A stretch of 35,788 nt of DNA from Minisyncoccia bacterium (GTDB taxonomy: Bacteria > Patescibacteriota > Minisyncoccia > Phycocordibacterales > UBA2100): assembly GCA_049306055.1 (NCBI GenBank), contig JBAQPT010000094.1, positions 1 to 35,788 of the forward strand. The letters are read 5' to 3'. The translations under genes were made by a program, and so were the position numbers. This document shows positions 1 to 9,419 of the stretch, one piece after another. The notes beneath the pieces were generated by a model that saw nothing but the letters and a program-made list of their open reading frames with translations, had not been told where the DNA came from and ran no database searches. How positions within the stretch are numbered: the stretch's first letter is position 1; every line of letters starts with the position of its first letter.

Positions 1-24
1 CCCGCCATCTTTTCAGACGATCTC

Positions 25-1338
25 GTGATTACCTATAACAAGGGGAAGTCAAACGAATTTAATGCGCTCAAACATCTCTCGGCGGAAATTTATCCGCGCG
101 AATACATTATTCTCTTCGGCCCGTCGGGTTGCGGCAAATCGACGCTCCTTTATACAATTCTCGGCGGTAACGCGCCGGACACGGGGCACTTATATGTGAA
201 GGGTGAGGACATTTACGCGTACACTCCCGCCGAAATGAACCGCTATCAACAATCCACGATTGGCATCGTGTACCAGCAGTTCAACCTCATTACGTCGATT
301 TCCGTTCTAGATAACGTTGCGCTTCCGATGATCTTCCTGAATCGTTCGGTCGCCGACAGAAACGCTCGCGCACGCGAACTGCTTCGACGCTTCGGTATTC
401 CAGATCGTCTCGAAGATAAAACACCCGTCATGATGTCGGGCGGTCAGCAGCAGCGCGTTGCCGTCGCACGCTCTCTCGTCAATGACCCGGAAATCCTTCT
501 TGCCGACGAACCTGTCGGTAACCTCGACTCTATTTCCGCAGAGCACGTCATGGATTCGTTCGAGGACATTAATGAAAAAGACCGCAAGACGGTCATCTTG
601 GTTACGCACGATGCGAAATATCTGCCGTACGCGCACCGCGTTTTTTACATGCGTGACGGGCTTTTGCGCCGTATTGTCGTCAATCCAGAAAAGCCACAAG
701 TAAAACGCACGAAGCCGGGGGAGACGATCGTCACCGAAATCGAGCAGCTTGCGCGTCTCTACCCATATGCCGAACCCATCGAATTGAAAGTGAAAAGCGT
801 CGTGAATTTTGCTACACAGTCGATCGGTTTCACTGAATTGGAACGCCTTGAAAAATCAGTTCTCGAAGTGTTGAAGGGGATGATGGATGACACCATGTTT
901 TTCGAGCGACTCATTCGGTCGGTTCGAGCGGGTGGCGTCGGGATGAATCGGGAAGAGGCAACAACAATGACCAATCGCGTCTTCACTCTTGCGCGGTATT
1001 CGCATGACGTCGCGCGTTTTCGCGAGGAGGTGCACACCGACACCTTATTCCTGCACCAACGCAAATTTATCGACCGGCTTATGTTGTTTCTCTCGGAAGA
1101 AATCGGCATCAAGTCGTCCGGCGTGCAGCTCGACATTTTACGGAACGCGGTCACTGAACGCGTGAGCGGCATAATCAACGCGGCGGAATTTGAAGAGCGA
1201 TTGCTCTTGCCATTCAAGATGGGCGGAGCCGAATACGACGAAAAGATAGCGTATCTCGTGAGTCGGCATTTGGAAAAATTGATCGCGCAGGGCGGCTATC
1301 TTATCCGCGCCAACGAACTGCTCGGCGCGCATTCATAA
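25..1338 (+). CDS. ABC transporter ATP-binding protein (MacB/LolD/FtsE-like) with a ~220-aa non-ABC C-terminal extension; probably 5'-truncated by the window edge
   Basis: Walker A GPSGCGKST, signature MSGGQQQRVAVARSL, Walker B ILLADEPVGNLD and H-loop VTHD are all present. The frame is open back to nt 1 and GTG at 25 is only the first in-window start. Residues ~215-437 lie beyond the ABC fold and look helical. Confidence 0.9.
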   Translation: MITYNKGKSNEFNALKHLSAEIYPREYIILFGPSGCGKSTLLYTILGGNAPDTGHLYVKGEDIYAYTPAEMNRYQQSTIGIVYQQFNLITSISVLDNVALPMIFLNRSVADRNARARELLRRFGIPDRLEDKTPVMMSGGQQQRVAVARSLVNDPEILLADEPVGNLDSISAEHVMDSFEDINEKDRKTVILVTHDAKYLPYAHRVFYMRDGLLRRIVVNPEKPQVKRTKPGETIVTEIEQLARLYPYAEPIELKVKSVVNFATQSIGFTELERLEKSVLEVLKGMMDDTMFFERLIRSVRAGGVGMNREEATTMTNRVFTLARYSHDVARFREEVHTDTLFLHQRKFIDRLMLFLSEEIGIKSSGVQLDILRNAVTERVSGIINAAEFEERLLLPFKMGGAEYDEKIAYLVSRHLEKLIAQGGYLIRANELLGAHS

Positions 1339-1341
1339 CGT

Positions 1342-2550
1342 ATGCGAATTCAAGACATCACGATGCTCTCGACGCGTATGTTCAAGACGAACCCGTCGCG
1401 TACGTGGCTCACGATTCTCGGCATGGGTGTCGGCACGGGCGCCGTCGTCGCGCTCGTCGGGCTCGGCTTCGGGCTACAGAACATCATTCTTGAAAAAATC
1501 GTCTTTGGCGAATCGCTCCTTTCGCTGAATGTCGCAAACCCGCCGTCGCTTGCTGTCGCGCTTGATCAGGCGACGATCGACGAGTTCGCTACTAATCCGC
1601 TCGTCAAAGATGTTTCTCCGATGGCAAACTATCCGACGCTCGTCACGTTTGAAGGCCTCACCGGGAACGCATTTCTGCAGGGCATGCAGCCGTCATACTT
1701 TTTGTATACCGGCGCAAAAGCCGTCGAAGGGGAACTCTTTTCCAACGAAACGGCCGACGAAGATCGAAATTCGGTTATTATTTCGACCGCGATGCTGAAG
1801 CTGTTCGGTCTCGAAAATCCAGCAGATGCGCTCGGGAAGACGGTCACGTTTCGTGTTCTTGTTCCACAGCCGGGGAGCGAAGAAACGACCGAAATTGCCA
1901 TTTCAAAACAATATAAGATCAAGGGTGTCTCCGAAGATGAGTCATCGCTTGTCGCAATTGTGACGCTTGAAGAATTCCAATCACATTTTCAAATCCAGCA
2001 TTACGAACGCACGCAGGTGCGCGTGATCGACAGCGAATCGCTCGTCGCGGTCCAGGACGAAATCATCGCGAAGGGCTTCATCGTGACCGCGCTTTCAAAA
2101 ACGGTCGAGCAAGCAAACAAAATCTTCCAAGGCATCCAGGGGGTGCTTGCGGTTTTCGGCGGCATCGCGCTCACGGTTTCTGCTATCGGTATGTTCAACA
2201 CGATGACCGTCACGCTTCTTGAGCGCACGGCGGAAATCGGCGTCATGCGCACCATCGGTGCATCGTCTCGTGACATTGTTGTGCTCTTCGTTGCAGAAGC
2301 AGTTATCGTCGGCTTTCTGGGCGGTATTGTCGGCATCATGATTGGTGTCGGGCTAGGGTGGATATTGAACGGGGTACTCAGCGTTGCTGCGAGCAAATTC
2401 GGCGGCGAGTCCGTACGCATTTTTAGCTACCCGGCGGCATTCCTTATTTTTATCGCGACCTTCTCGGCGGCCGTCGGGTTCATTACGGGCCTTTTCCCGG
2501 CGCGTCGTGCCGCAAAAATCAATCCACTCGACGCGATCCGCTACAAGTAG
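1342..2550 (+). CDS. ABC transporter permease, FtsX/MacB/LolCE family
   Basis: It has an N-terminal TM (WLTILGMGVGTGAVVALVGLGF), a ~240-aa extracytoplasmic domain, then three C-terminal TMs. The family-typical end is FPARRAAKINPLDAIRYK. It starts 4 nt after the ATPase stop. Confidence 0.85.
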   Translation: MRIQDITMLSTRMFKTNPSRTWLTILGMGVGTGAVVALVGLGFGLQNIILEKIVFGESLLSLNVANPPSLAVALDQATIDEFATNPLVKDVSPMANYPTLVTFEGLTGNAFLQGMQPSYFLYTGAKAVEGELFSNETADEDRNSVIISTAMLKLFGLENPADALGKTVTFRVLVPQPGSEETTEIAISKQYKIKGVSEDESSLVAIVTLEEFQSHFQIQHYERTQVRVIDSESLVAVQDEIIAKGFIVTALSKTVEQANKIFQGIQGVLAVFGGIALTVSAIGMFNTMTVTLLERTAEIGVMRTIGASSRDIVVLFVAEAVIVGFLGGIVGIMIGVGLGWILNGVLSVAASKFGGESVRIFSYPAAFLIFIATFSAAVGFITGLFPARRAAKINPLDAIRYK

Positions 2551-2590
2551 CATGGTTATCCACATAAGCGAAAAAAGTACGCAATTCAAA

Positions 2591-4498
2591 ATGGTACGAT
2601 TTTGCAATAGTATGTTGCACGAACTCCGCACCTCCGGGAGCTTTTTTCGGTCACTACGAACGACCGAAGGAAAAATAACGCTTCTTTCGCTCTGCAGCGG
2701 TGCGTTCCTCTTAGCTCTTGTCGGCATCGTGCTATTTGAAACACCTGAGCCCGTGCGTGCGGACGATGTCTCGACCTCAGTAACCGTTTTGAATACGCCG
2801 CCAACATGGACCGTGAATGCGCAAGAATTAGTGGCGTCTGCAACATCCACGCCGACAAATTCGGGCGCGAATATTACTTGGATCGCAACAGCGGACGATT
2901 CCAGCGGTGACCGATACTATCTATTGATATGCAAGACCAGTGGTCTGCCGACGGCTAACGCAAACACGGCGCCATCCTGCAACGGCGGCGTTGCAAACCA
3001 ATGGGCAGTTTCTGCCTCAACCACTGTCTCCGTGCAAGCTGCCGCCGCGACAACGACGAAGGAGACGTTCCCCTTTGAAAATGAGAAAAACGACTGGTTT
3101 GCATGGGTCTGCGACGGCAACGCGGCACTTCCGCGCTGTTTCGGCACCTTTACAACGGGCAATGAGTTCGGCGACAACGGCTCACCGTTCGTCATCAATC
3201 ACCCGCCGGTTTTCGCTGCAACCGCGAATGATGGCCCGGAGAATCCGGGGGGAACGGTGACATGGTCTTCGACAAGCTACGACAATGATGTCTTAAGTGG
3301 AGCGAACGATCAGATCAGGCTCTTTGTATGTCGAGCGGCCGGTTTTTCGACCTCCACCGGATGCACTGGTGCGGGTGGCGGCTGGGCAACTTCCACTCTG
3401 ACTGCAACGAATGCTGCGACTACGACCGACATCGTCGTTCCGACACGTGACGGTTTATACGACGCGTTTGTCTATCTTATGGACGAACATAATCACGCCG
3501 CGACATCGTCGTTCCAAGCATCAAATTCCTCGTTTACCGTCAATAACGTCGCGCCGGCACTCAGTTCCGCGACGATCAGCCTCGAAGATGTGGACAATGT
3601 CGGAAACCTTACGCTAGCAACCCCCGAAGGCCAGACGTCAGGTTTCGAGGTGCGATTTACTGCTACCGACAACAATAGTTGTCAGAACATTGTGTCGGGG
3701 AATGAACTTACCTCAGCCATAGCCAATATTTACCGCACCGGTGTCGGATCCACCTCATGCCAAGTTTCCGGCGACTATAATTCAAACAATTGTTACGCGA
3801 ATGCGTCTCCGCTCTTTAGTCCGTACATTTCATGTACACAGGATGGCGGTTCATGCAGCGGCTCGTCAGACTCAACGGCGACATGGACTTGTACGTTTTC
3901 TGTCTGGTATAACGCCGATCCGACCGACGCTTCGACACCGTGGACCGCGGAAGGCTGGCAGACAACCGTACAAATCGGCGATGACGATTTCGCCACGTCG
4001 ACCCTCACCGAATCGCTCTCAGGGAACGAAATGACCAGCTTCCTCGCCTTCAATGTCTCGCAGACGACGATCGCGTTTGGAAGCTTGGAACCGGGCCAAT
4101 TTAACGATCCGCTCGCAACGACGACTGACCTTGTCGCAATAGGGAACGTTGGTCTCGACGAAGATCTCCACGGCGACACGATGTGTACGACGACTGAGTG
4201 GACCGGACCGGACACTTGCGATACAAACGGTATTAATCCGGCAAATGACATCCCGGTTAACAACCAGAAAATCGCAACATCATCCGTTGCCTATGCAGCA
4301 ACAGAGGCATTCACGCTTACGGGTTCCTCAACGCCGACAGAATTGACCATCCGCGTCCCGAAGACGACCGCGACCTCGTCACCACAAGAGCGAGACACCT
4401 ACTGGGGTATTAACATCCCAATCGCCATCACAACCGCTGGCAGTTACGAAGGGCAAAACACTATCACGGCGAAGAAGAGCGCGATCGGCTTCTGGTAA
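2591..4498 (+). CDS. Secreted Thr/Ser/Cys-rich beta-rich surface protein (fibre-like protein 1 of 3)
   Basis: This is ORF 2384-4498, whose 5' part overlaps the permease gene. ATG 2591 is used here (alternatives 2552, 2612); it precedes the hydrophobic segment ITLLSLCSGAFLLALVGIVLF. Two N-terminal repeats are visible (TPPTWTV..NITW..YYLLICK and HPPVFAA..TVTW..IRLFVCR). The C-terminal block LAFNVSQTTIAFGSLEPG...AGSYEGQNTITA is shared with CDS 18202 and 22355. Confidence 0.6.
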   Translation: MVRFCNSMLHELRTSGSFFRSLRTTEGKITLLSLCSGAFLLALVGIVLFETPEPVRADDVSTSVTVLNTPPTWTVNAQELVASATSTPTNSGANITWIATADDSSGDRYYLLICKTSGLPTANANTAPSCNGGVANQWAVSASTTVSVQAAAATTTKETFPFENEKNDWFAWVCDGNAALPRCFGTFTTGNEFGDNGSPFVINHPPVFAATANDGPENPGGTVTWSSTSYDNDVLSGANDQIRLFVCRAAGFSTSTGCTGAGGGWATSTLTATNAATTTDIVVPTRDGLYDAFVYLMDEHNHAATSSFQASNSSFTVNNVAPALSSATISLEDVDNVGNLTLATPEGQTSGFEVRFTATDNNSCQNIVSGNELTSAIANIYRTGVGSTSCQVSGDYNSNNCYANASPLFSPYISCTQDGGSCSGSSDSTATWTCTFSVWYNADPTDASTPWTAEGWQTTVQIGDDDFATSTLTESLSGNEMTSFLAFNVSQTTIAFGSLEPGQFNDPLATTTDLVAIGNVGLDEDLHGDTMCTTTEWTGPDTCDTNGINPANDIPVNNQKIATSSVAYAATEAFTLTGSSTPTELTIRVPKTTATSSPQERDTYWGINIPIAITTAGSYEGQNTITAKKSAIGFW

Positions 4499-4587
4499 AA
4501 GCGCGATATATGCGCGGTATGCACAGACATCACCAACGGCCGTCACCAACGGCCGTCCTCGCGCGTGAGCGTGATACAATTTTTCGT

Positions 4588-5556
4588 ATGGCCATTCCTA
4601 CATGGCGGCTTTTTGGCGTTGTCACATTCGCGCTTTTTCTGGTATGCCTCAGCGCAAACAGCGTGCATGCGGGCTTCGGTATCACACCGCCGTATGTTGA
4701 AAATCATCGGCTGACTCGCGGCACGGTATACGAACAAAAAATCACCCTTGTCCGCTCCGACCCGACAGAAGATTTGCAGGCGGAAATCACTATGAACCTG
4801 CCGGAAATCGAGTCGTGGTTTTCCGTCGATCGCGGTAACAAATTCATCCTGCCGAAAGGATCAACGCAAATTCCGATTGTCGTTCGTGTCACGGTGCCCG
4901 ACGATGCGGACTACGAGGCGCACCAAGGCACCATTCGTATTCGTACGTCGGCGCTCGAAGGGAGCGCGCCATCGGGAAGCGGCGTTACGATCGCGCTCGG
5001 CGCGCAAGTCGACGTGAATGTCGAGGTTGTCGATAAGATTTATGATTTCGAAGTACGCAAAATTCGCTCACTCGATCTTGAAGAAGGGCGGCGCAAATGG
5101 GGACTCTTTTTCCCCGGTAAAATCAGCTTTCTCATGACGATTGAAAACACCGGGAACACCGAATACGGGCCGACGAAGGTGCAGTTTGAAATTTACGACC
5201 GTGACATGGAAACACTGCTTGAAACGATCGAAAACACGAACCGCATAGAAAAAATTCCTCCGTTTGCGATCCAAGAAGTACTTGCCGAATTGCCGACGCG
5301 CCTTGTTGCCGGCCAGTACAAGGCAAAATACACGATTTTTAAAGGTGACGAAGTCGCCCAGCAAAATGTTATTGACCTTTCGATCAGCACGATCGGAGCC
5401 ATCCCTGGCTACGAGGGATACGGATTTAACGGACTTTCTCTCGCGGACAAATTGAAAGTTGCGGCAGCGCTCGGCGTTCCTCTCCTTATTCTCGGCGCGC
5501 TTGGCGTAACACTCGTGCGCCGACGACAACGCGCGCATGCCCTCCGATCGTACTAA
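4588..5556 (+). CDS. Membrane-anchored surface protein with two beta-sandwich halves, DUF916/DUF3324-like (anchor paralogue 1 of 4)
   Basis: ATG 4588 gives the signal peptide MAIPTWRLFGVVTFALFLVCLSANSVHA. The first half ends WFSVDRGNKFILPKGSTQIPIVVRVTVPDDADYEAHQG. The second half contains IENTGNTEYGPTKVQFEIYD. The C-terminal TM AAALGVPLLILGALGVTLV is followed by RRRQR. The family call rests on architecture and motif recall only. Confidence 0.55.
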   Translation: MAIPTWRLFGVVTFALFLVCLSANSVHAGFGITPPYVENHRLTRGTVYEQKITLVRSDPTEDLQAEITMNLPEIESWFSVDRGNKFILPKGSTQIPIVVRVTVPDDADYEAHQGTIRIRTSALEGSAPSGSGVTIALGAQVDVNVEVVDKIYDFEVRKIRSLDLEEGRRKWGLFFPGKISFLMTIENTGNTEYGPTKVQFEIYDRDMETLLETIENTNRIEKIPPFAIQEVLAELPTRLVAGQYKAKYTIFKGDEVAQQNVIDLSISTIGAIPGYEGYGFNGLSLADKLKVAAALGVPLLILGALGVTLVRRRQRAHALRSY

Positions 5557-6694
5557 TTTCCAGCTTGCGTACGCGCTCGCGTGCGTCGGCATCACGGCAT
5601 TTCTGTGTACGCTATTCGTCGCGCTCACGAATTCCGCAAGCGCAATCACCGTACAGACGCAGGCAACGATCTCGATTTGCGGCGATGGTATTGTTTCTGC
5701 CGAGGAGGTATGTGATTTAGGGGCAGGGAACAATATTGGTATCTATGCTTCGTCCACGGACGAGCGTGTCTGCGCACCGGGCTGCATGAGTTACGGACCC
5801 TACTGCGGCGATAATGTGTTGCAGGTGCGATTTACCGAGGCATGCGATGACGGAAACAACACCTCGGGAGATTTATGTACGTCGCAATGCCAGACCGAAG
5901 TCGCGACGCCGCCCGGAAATGGCGGGAGTCCTACGGTCGGCGCCACCCCCTCGATTCCCGGCGCGACGCCGGGCGAAATTCCATCGATTACCGAGACGAA
6001 AGTTGTCATTCGCGGCAGGGCGTATCCAGGAAGCAGTGTGAAGGTTTTGCTCGACGGAAAAGCCTTTGGTGATACGCGCGCCGACGCAAATGCGGATTTT
6101 CAATACACAACGACCGAAATAACGCCGGGCATCGCCACGTTCGCGTTTATTGCGATGGATCCGAAGGGTTCCGAATCCATTTTGACGACGGTCGTCTTTG
6201 AAGTTGTGCAGAGTGCGGTCACGACGGTGGCGAACATCCTCATGCCCCCGACTATTTCCGTGAATGCTACACAAATTGATCCGGGCGAACTGCTGACAAT
6301 TTCCGGGTATACCGTGCCGGAAGCAATCGTCAACACCGAAATTAATTCGGGGCGGAGGACAACGCTCTCTTCCGACGCAAGCACTGGCGGCGTCTGGTCG
6401 CTCCAGGTCGACACGAATTCGCTCGATGAAGGACCAAATACGGCGAAATCATCATTCGAACTCACATCGGCAGTACGAAGCGGTTTCGGCAAGTCCGTCA
6501 GTTTTCTTGTGGGGGAGGGCGCACTCGGGACACCGGGGTCGGCCGATATAAATGGTGACGACAAGATCAATCTTACCGACTTCTCAATCTTCCTCCTTTC
6601 GTGGGGTACCGACAATATTGCCAGCGACTTTAACAGTGACGGAAACGTCAACTTGGCGGACTTTAGTATTATGCTCTTTAACTGGACGGGGTGA
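5537..6694 (+). CDS. Secreted protein: Cys-rich repeats (Myxococcus-type CGDG..CDDGN) + Ig-like modules + C-terminal type-I-like dockerin
   Basis: The signal peptide ends LTNSASA. Repeats are CGDGIVSAEEVCDLGAGNN and CGDNVLQVRFTEACDDGNNTSGDLCTSQC. The dockerin at nt ~6545-6691 reads DINGDDKINLTDFSIFLLSW...DFNSDGNVNLADFSIMLFNW. The gene overlaps the upstream gene by 20 nt. Confidence 0.8.
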   Translation: MPSDRTNFQLAYALACVGITAFLCTLFVALTNSASAITVQTQATISICGDGIVSAEEVCDLGAGNNIGIYASSTDERVCAPGCMSYGPYCGDNVLQVRFTEACDDGNNTSGDLCTSQCQTEVATPPGNGGSPTVGATPSIPGATPGEIPSITETKVVIRGRAYPGSSVKVLLDGKAFGDTRADANADFQYTTTEITPGIATFAFIAMDPKGSESILTTVVFEVVQSAVTTVANILMPPTISVNATQIDPGELLTISGYTVPEAIVNTEINSGRRTTLSSDASTGGVWSLQVDTNSLDEGPNTAKSSFELTSAVRSGFGKSVSFLVGEGALGTPGSADINGDDKINLTDFSIFLLSWGTDNIASDFNSDGNVNLADFSIMLFNWTG

Positions 6695-6719
6695 TTGAAA
6701 AACCCGCTATACTGTCACT

Positions 6720-7631
6720 ATGCTTCGAACCATTGGCGCACTACTCTTGCTTTTCCCATTCTCCGTAAGCGCTGCAGCCGTGTATTTTGAGCCTGCAGAA
6801 GGAATATTTGGTCTTGGTGACACCTTTATCGTAAATGTCCGCGTCCTTCCGGACGAATGCGTAAACGCTGCAGAAGTGGAAATACAATTCCCGCCGCATT
6901 TGCGCGCCGTCGATTTTGGAAAAGGGGATTCCATCCTCTCACTATGGGTCGAGGAACCGCTTCTCGAGGAAGGTCGCGTCCGTTTCGCGGGAGGCATCCC
7001 CGGCGGCTACTGCGGCCGCATCCAAGGTGATCCAGCGCTCAGCAATATTCTCGGGAAAATCGTCTTCACCGTGACGGACGTAGGGCCCGGCAGCGCACAA
7101 CTTAATTTTTCTGCGCAAACAGCGCTCTACTTGAACGACGGTCTTGGAACCAAGGTAACGCCCGAAATGCCAGGTGCGTCGTTTACTATTCTTCCGACAC
7201 CGCAGTTGAGCGAGAATCCCTGGATCGCCGCAGTGCAGGCCGACACCATCCCGCCGGATGCGTTTACTATCGACGTCGAATCAACGCGCGGAGTTTTCGG
7301 CGGGCGGTACTTCATCGTGTTCTCGACGCTCGACAAACAAAGCGGCATTGATCACTATGAAATTTTTGAGCGCGGTGCCTGGAAAACCGTGACGTCTCCG
7401 TACGAGCTGAAAAGCCAGTCGCTGCGCGGCGGCATTCAACTGAAGGCGATTGATAAGGCGGGAAATGAGCGACTGGGCACATACGTCGAAGGCTCAGCAC
7501 CGCCGCTTGAGACTCCGTACAGCACGATGCAGCTCCTTCTCGTTGCGCTCGGCGTACTTGTTGTCGTCGGCGCGGCGGGTCTCTACATGCGCCGATTGCA
7601 TCGCGAGACGCCGCCTGCTCCGCCCGCATGA
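6720..7631 (+). CDS. Cohesin-like domain protein with C-terminal TM anchor
   Basis: Signal peptide MLRTIGALLLLFPFSVSAAA. The cohesin-like module reads VYFEPAEGIFGLGDTFIVNVRV...NAAEVEIQFPPHLRAVDFGKGDSILSLWVEEP...GRVRFAGGIPGGY...ILGKIVFTV. The C-terminal TM is LLLVALGVLVVVGAAGLYM. Confidence 0.7.
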   Translation: MLRTIGALLLLFPFSVSAAAVYFEPAEGIFGLGDTFIVNVRVLPDECVNAAEVEIQFPPHLRAVDFGKGDSILSLWVEEPLLEEGRVRFAGGIPGGYCGRIQGDPALSNILGKIVFTVTDVGPGSAQLNFSAQTALYLNDGLGTKVTPEMPGASFTILPTPQLSENPWIAAVQADTIPPDAFTIDVESTRGVFGGRYFIVFSTLDKQSGIDHYEIFERGAWKTVTSPYELKSQSLRGGIQLKAIDKAGNERLGTYVEGSAPPLETPYSTMQLLLVALGVLVVVGAAGLYMRRLHRETPPAPPA

Positions 7632-8626
7632 TCCGTCTCGCGCTTTTACTTCTTCTCTTTCTTCCGCTATCCGTGAACGCCGAAAGCGCGCTCTTTGTCT
7701 CGCCCGAATACGGCGTGTATACGATCGGTGAGGAATTCGATGTTTCGGTACATGCCGACAGTGGTGGCGTGGACATTAACGCTGCAGAAGCGGAAATTAC
7801 CTTCAATCCGACGGGGCTTGAAGTGCTTCGGATCTCGACGGACGGCTCGATTTTAAGTGCATGGCCGACGCCCCCGACGTTTTCAAATCAAAAAGGGACG
7901 ATCCGTTTTTCTGGGTGGGCGAAAGATACTTACAACGGATCTGACGGCCTTCTTGTCACCATTCGATTCAAGGCGCTGCGCGTTATCTCCAGCAACGCCC
8001 ATCTCGCGGCGGGGGCAATTCTTGCAGCAGACGGTCGCGGTTCGAACATCATCACGAGCCTGCAGTCGGGCATGTATTCGATTGAGCCAGAATTTGCGGA
8101 CGCTGAAATTCCACCTGAGGCCGAAGGTGAGAGTGCCGAGTCACTTGACCCGATTGCACTGGCTGAGGCAGATCTCTTAAATGACAACGTTCTCGCGCCG
8201 CCCGAATTTACCGATTACAAAGATGTCGTCGAGGTAGGCGAGCGGATTATCGTGAACGGCAAGACGACGACCGATACTAAAGTCGTATTCTTTTTTTCTA
8301 AGGGGAACGAGAAGGATGATTTCAGCGCGATCACGAGCGATTCAGACGGCTCGTTTACGTTCATTTCAAATCAAGGCGCCGAGGCGGGCGTGTACCGACT
8401 GCGTGCCGCGGTGCAGGACGCAAACGGTCGCGGTTCGGAATTCGCGCGCGTAACGGTAACCGCGCGTTCGACTGGCTTGGCCGCTGCTGCGTCCGTGGGG
8501 AAGGATATGGCTGCAACCATTATTCCGCTCCTCTCTGTCCTCGCTTTCGCCGGTCTCGGCGCGGGATATCTCTATCACCGGCACGCAATCGAGAAACTCA
8601 AGCACGGCCGTCGGTCACATTCGTAA
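7628..8626 (+). CDS. Cohesin-like domain protein with C-terminal TM anchor (paralogue)
   Basis: ATGA overlap with the upstream gene. Signal peptide LLLLFLPLSVNA. The cohesin-like module reads LFVSPEYGVYTIGEEFDVSVHADSGGVDINAAEAEITFNPTGLEVLRISTDGSILSAWPTPP...GTIRFSGWA...LLVTIRFKA. The C-terminal TM is IIPLLSVLAFAGLGAGYLY. Confidence 0.7.
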   Translation: MIRLALLLLLFLPLSVNAESALFVSPEYGVYTIGEEFDVSVHADSGGVDINAAEAEITFNPTGLEVLRISTDGSILSAWPTPPTFSNQKGTIRFSGWAKDTYNGSDGLLVTIRFKALRVISSNAHLAAGAILAADGRGSNIITSLQSGMYSIEPEFADAEIPPEAEGESAESLDPIALAEADLLNDNVLAPPEFTDYKDVVEVGERIIVNGKTTTDTKVVFFFSKGNEKDDFSAITSDSDGSFTFISNQGAEAGVYRLRAAVQDANGRGSEFARVTVTARSTGLAAAASVGKDMAATIIPLLSVLAFAGLGAGYLYHRHAIEKLKHGRRSHS

Positions 8627-9346
8627 TTGCGACAGAAGGATGGAAAGGTCAGCAAGCCCGAGAGTACCGCTTTTGTCGAGGTCGTACCGCGGGTTATACG
8701 GCTGCATAAGGTGTATTGCGAGGATCGACATGTCAGCGAGAGAAATGCTGCCGTCTTCGTTAAAATCAGCGTTCGATTTCTCCGCTTGTCCTCCGATCTC
8801 GATCGACTGTTCACCGGAAGCGAGCGGCGCACGATCGATAATCAAGAGCGTGAGCTCGCGCGCTTCGTTCGGCACCGCTCCGCCAGTCCCGTCGTGCGCA
8901 AAGAGTTCGGTATTCGAAAAGCGGATCGTCGCGCTGCCCGATTTTTTCGCACGCACCGTGATGGTAAGCACCGTGCCGACGCCGATAAAGCCACCTCTCT
9001 CAACGGTGCCGCCGCTGAAATGAATTTCACCCGTGTCTTCGCTGATTGACGTCTCTTCGGTCCAGAGGCTCAGAAACGATTTTGCCTTGCTGATGCCAAC
9101 GATTTCTAGATATTCCGGCGGTACGGTCAATGTTGCGCCGAGTGCGTTGATTGGCGTATCAGCGTTAATCTTAATATCGAGCGAAGTTGTCGCACCCGTT
9201 GCAAGGACATCGCTCGCCTCGGGGGACAGAAAAACAAGCGCGTCCTTGCCGGTGAGCGTAAGTGCGCTCGCGACTACCGCGAACACGGCAATACTGTGCC
9301 CGACGATGAGCTTGCGGCGGTGCGTTTTCATAAATCGCTTCATCAT
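8615..9346 (-). CDS. N-terminally anchored cohesin-like + C-terminal dockerin protein (adaptor-type)
   Basis: ATG at 9346 gives MMKRFMKTHRRKLIVGHSIAVFAVVASALTL. The cohesin-like module is LVFLSPEASDVLATGATTSLDIKINADTPINALGATLTVPPEYLEIVGISKAKSFLSLWTEE...GEIHFSGG. The dockerin is DFNEDGSISLADMSILAIHL...DLDKSGTLGLADLSILLSQL. The 3' end overlaps the convergent gene 7628-8626 by 12 nt. Confidence 0.7.
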   Translation of the reverse strand: MMKRFMKTHRRKLIVGHSIAVFAVVASALTLTGKDALVFLSPEASDVLATGATTSLDIKINADTPINALGATLTVPPEYLEIVGISKAKSFLSLWTEETSISEDTGEIHFSGGTVERGGFIGVGTVLTITVRAKKSGSATIRFSNTELFAHDGTGGAVPNEARELTLLIIDRAPLASGEQSIEIGGQAEKSNADFNEDGSISLADMSILAIHLMQPYNPRYDLDKSGTLGLADLSILLSQLRM

Positions 9347-9419
9347 GGGATTAGTGTAGCGTGCTCCGTCGAGCGGTTCGGAAAATTGAATGAAGCATAG
9401 TGCATAACCGAGAGCCGGG

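Noticed and set aside
5068-5733. 221-aa minus-strand ORF across the 4588/5537 gene junction
   Set aside because: It is antisense to two plus-strand genes with clear signal peptides and paralogues elsewhere in the window. No motif is present.
5537-9346. Classical cellulosome (polysaccharide degradation)
   Set aside because: No glycoside hydrolase, carbohydrate esterase, polysaccharide lyase or CBM signatures occur in any dockerin- or cohesin-bearing protein here.
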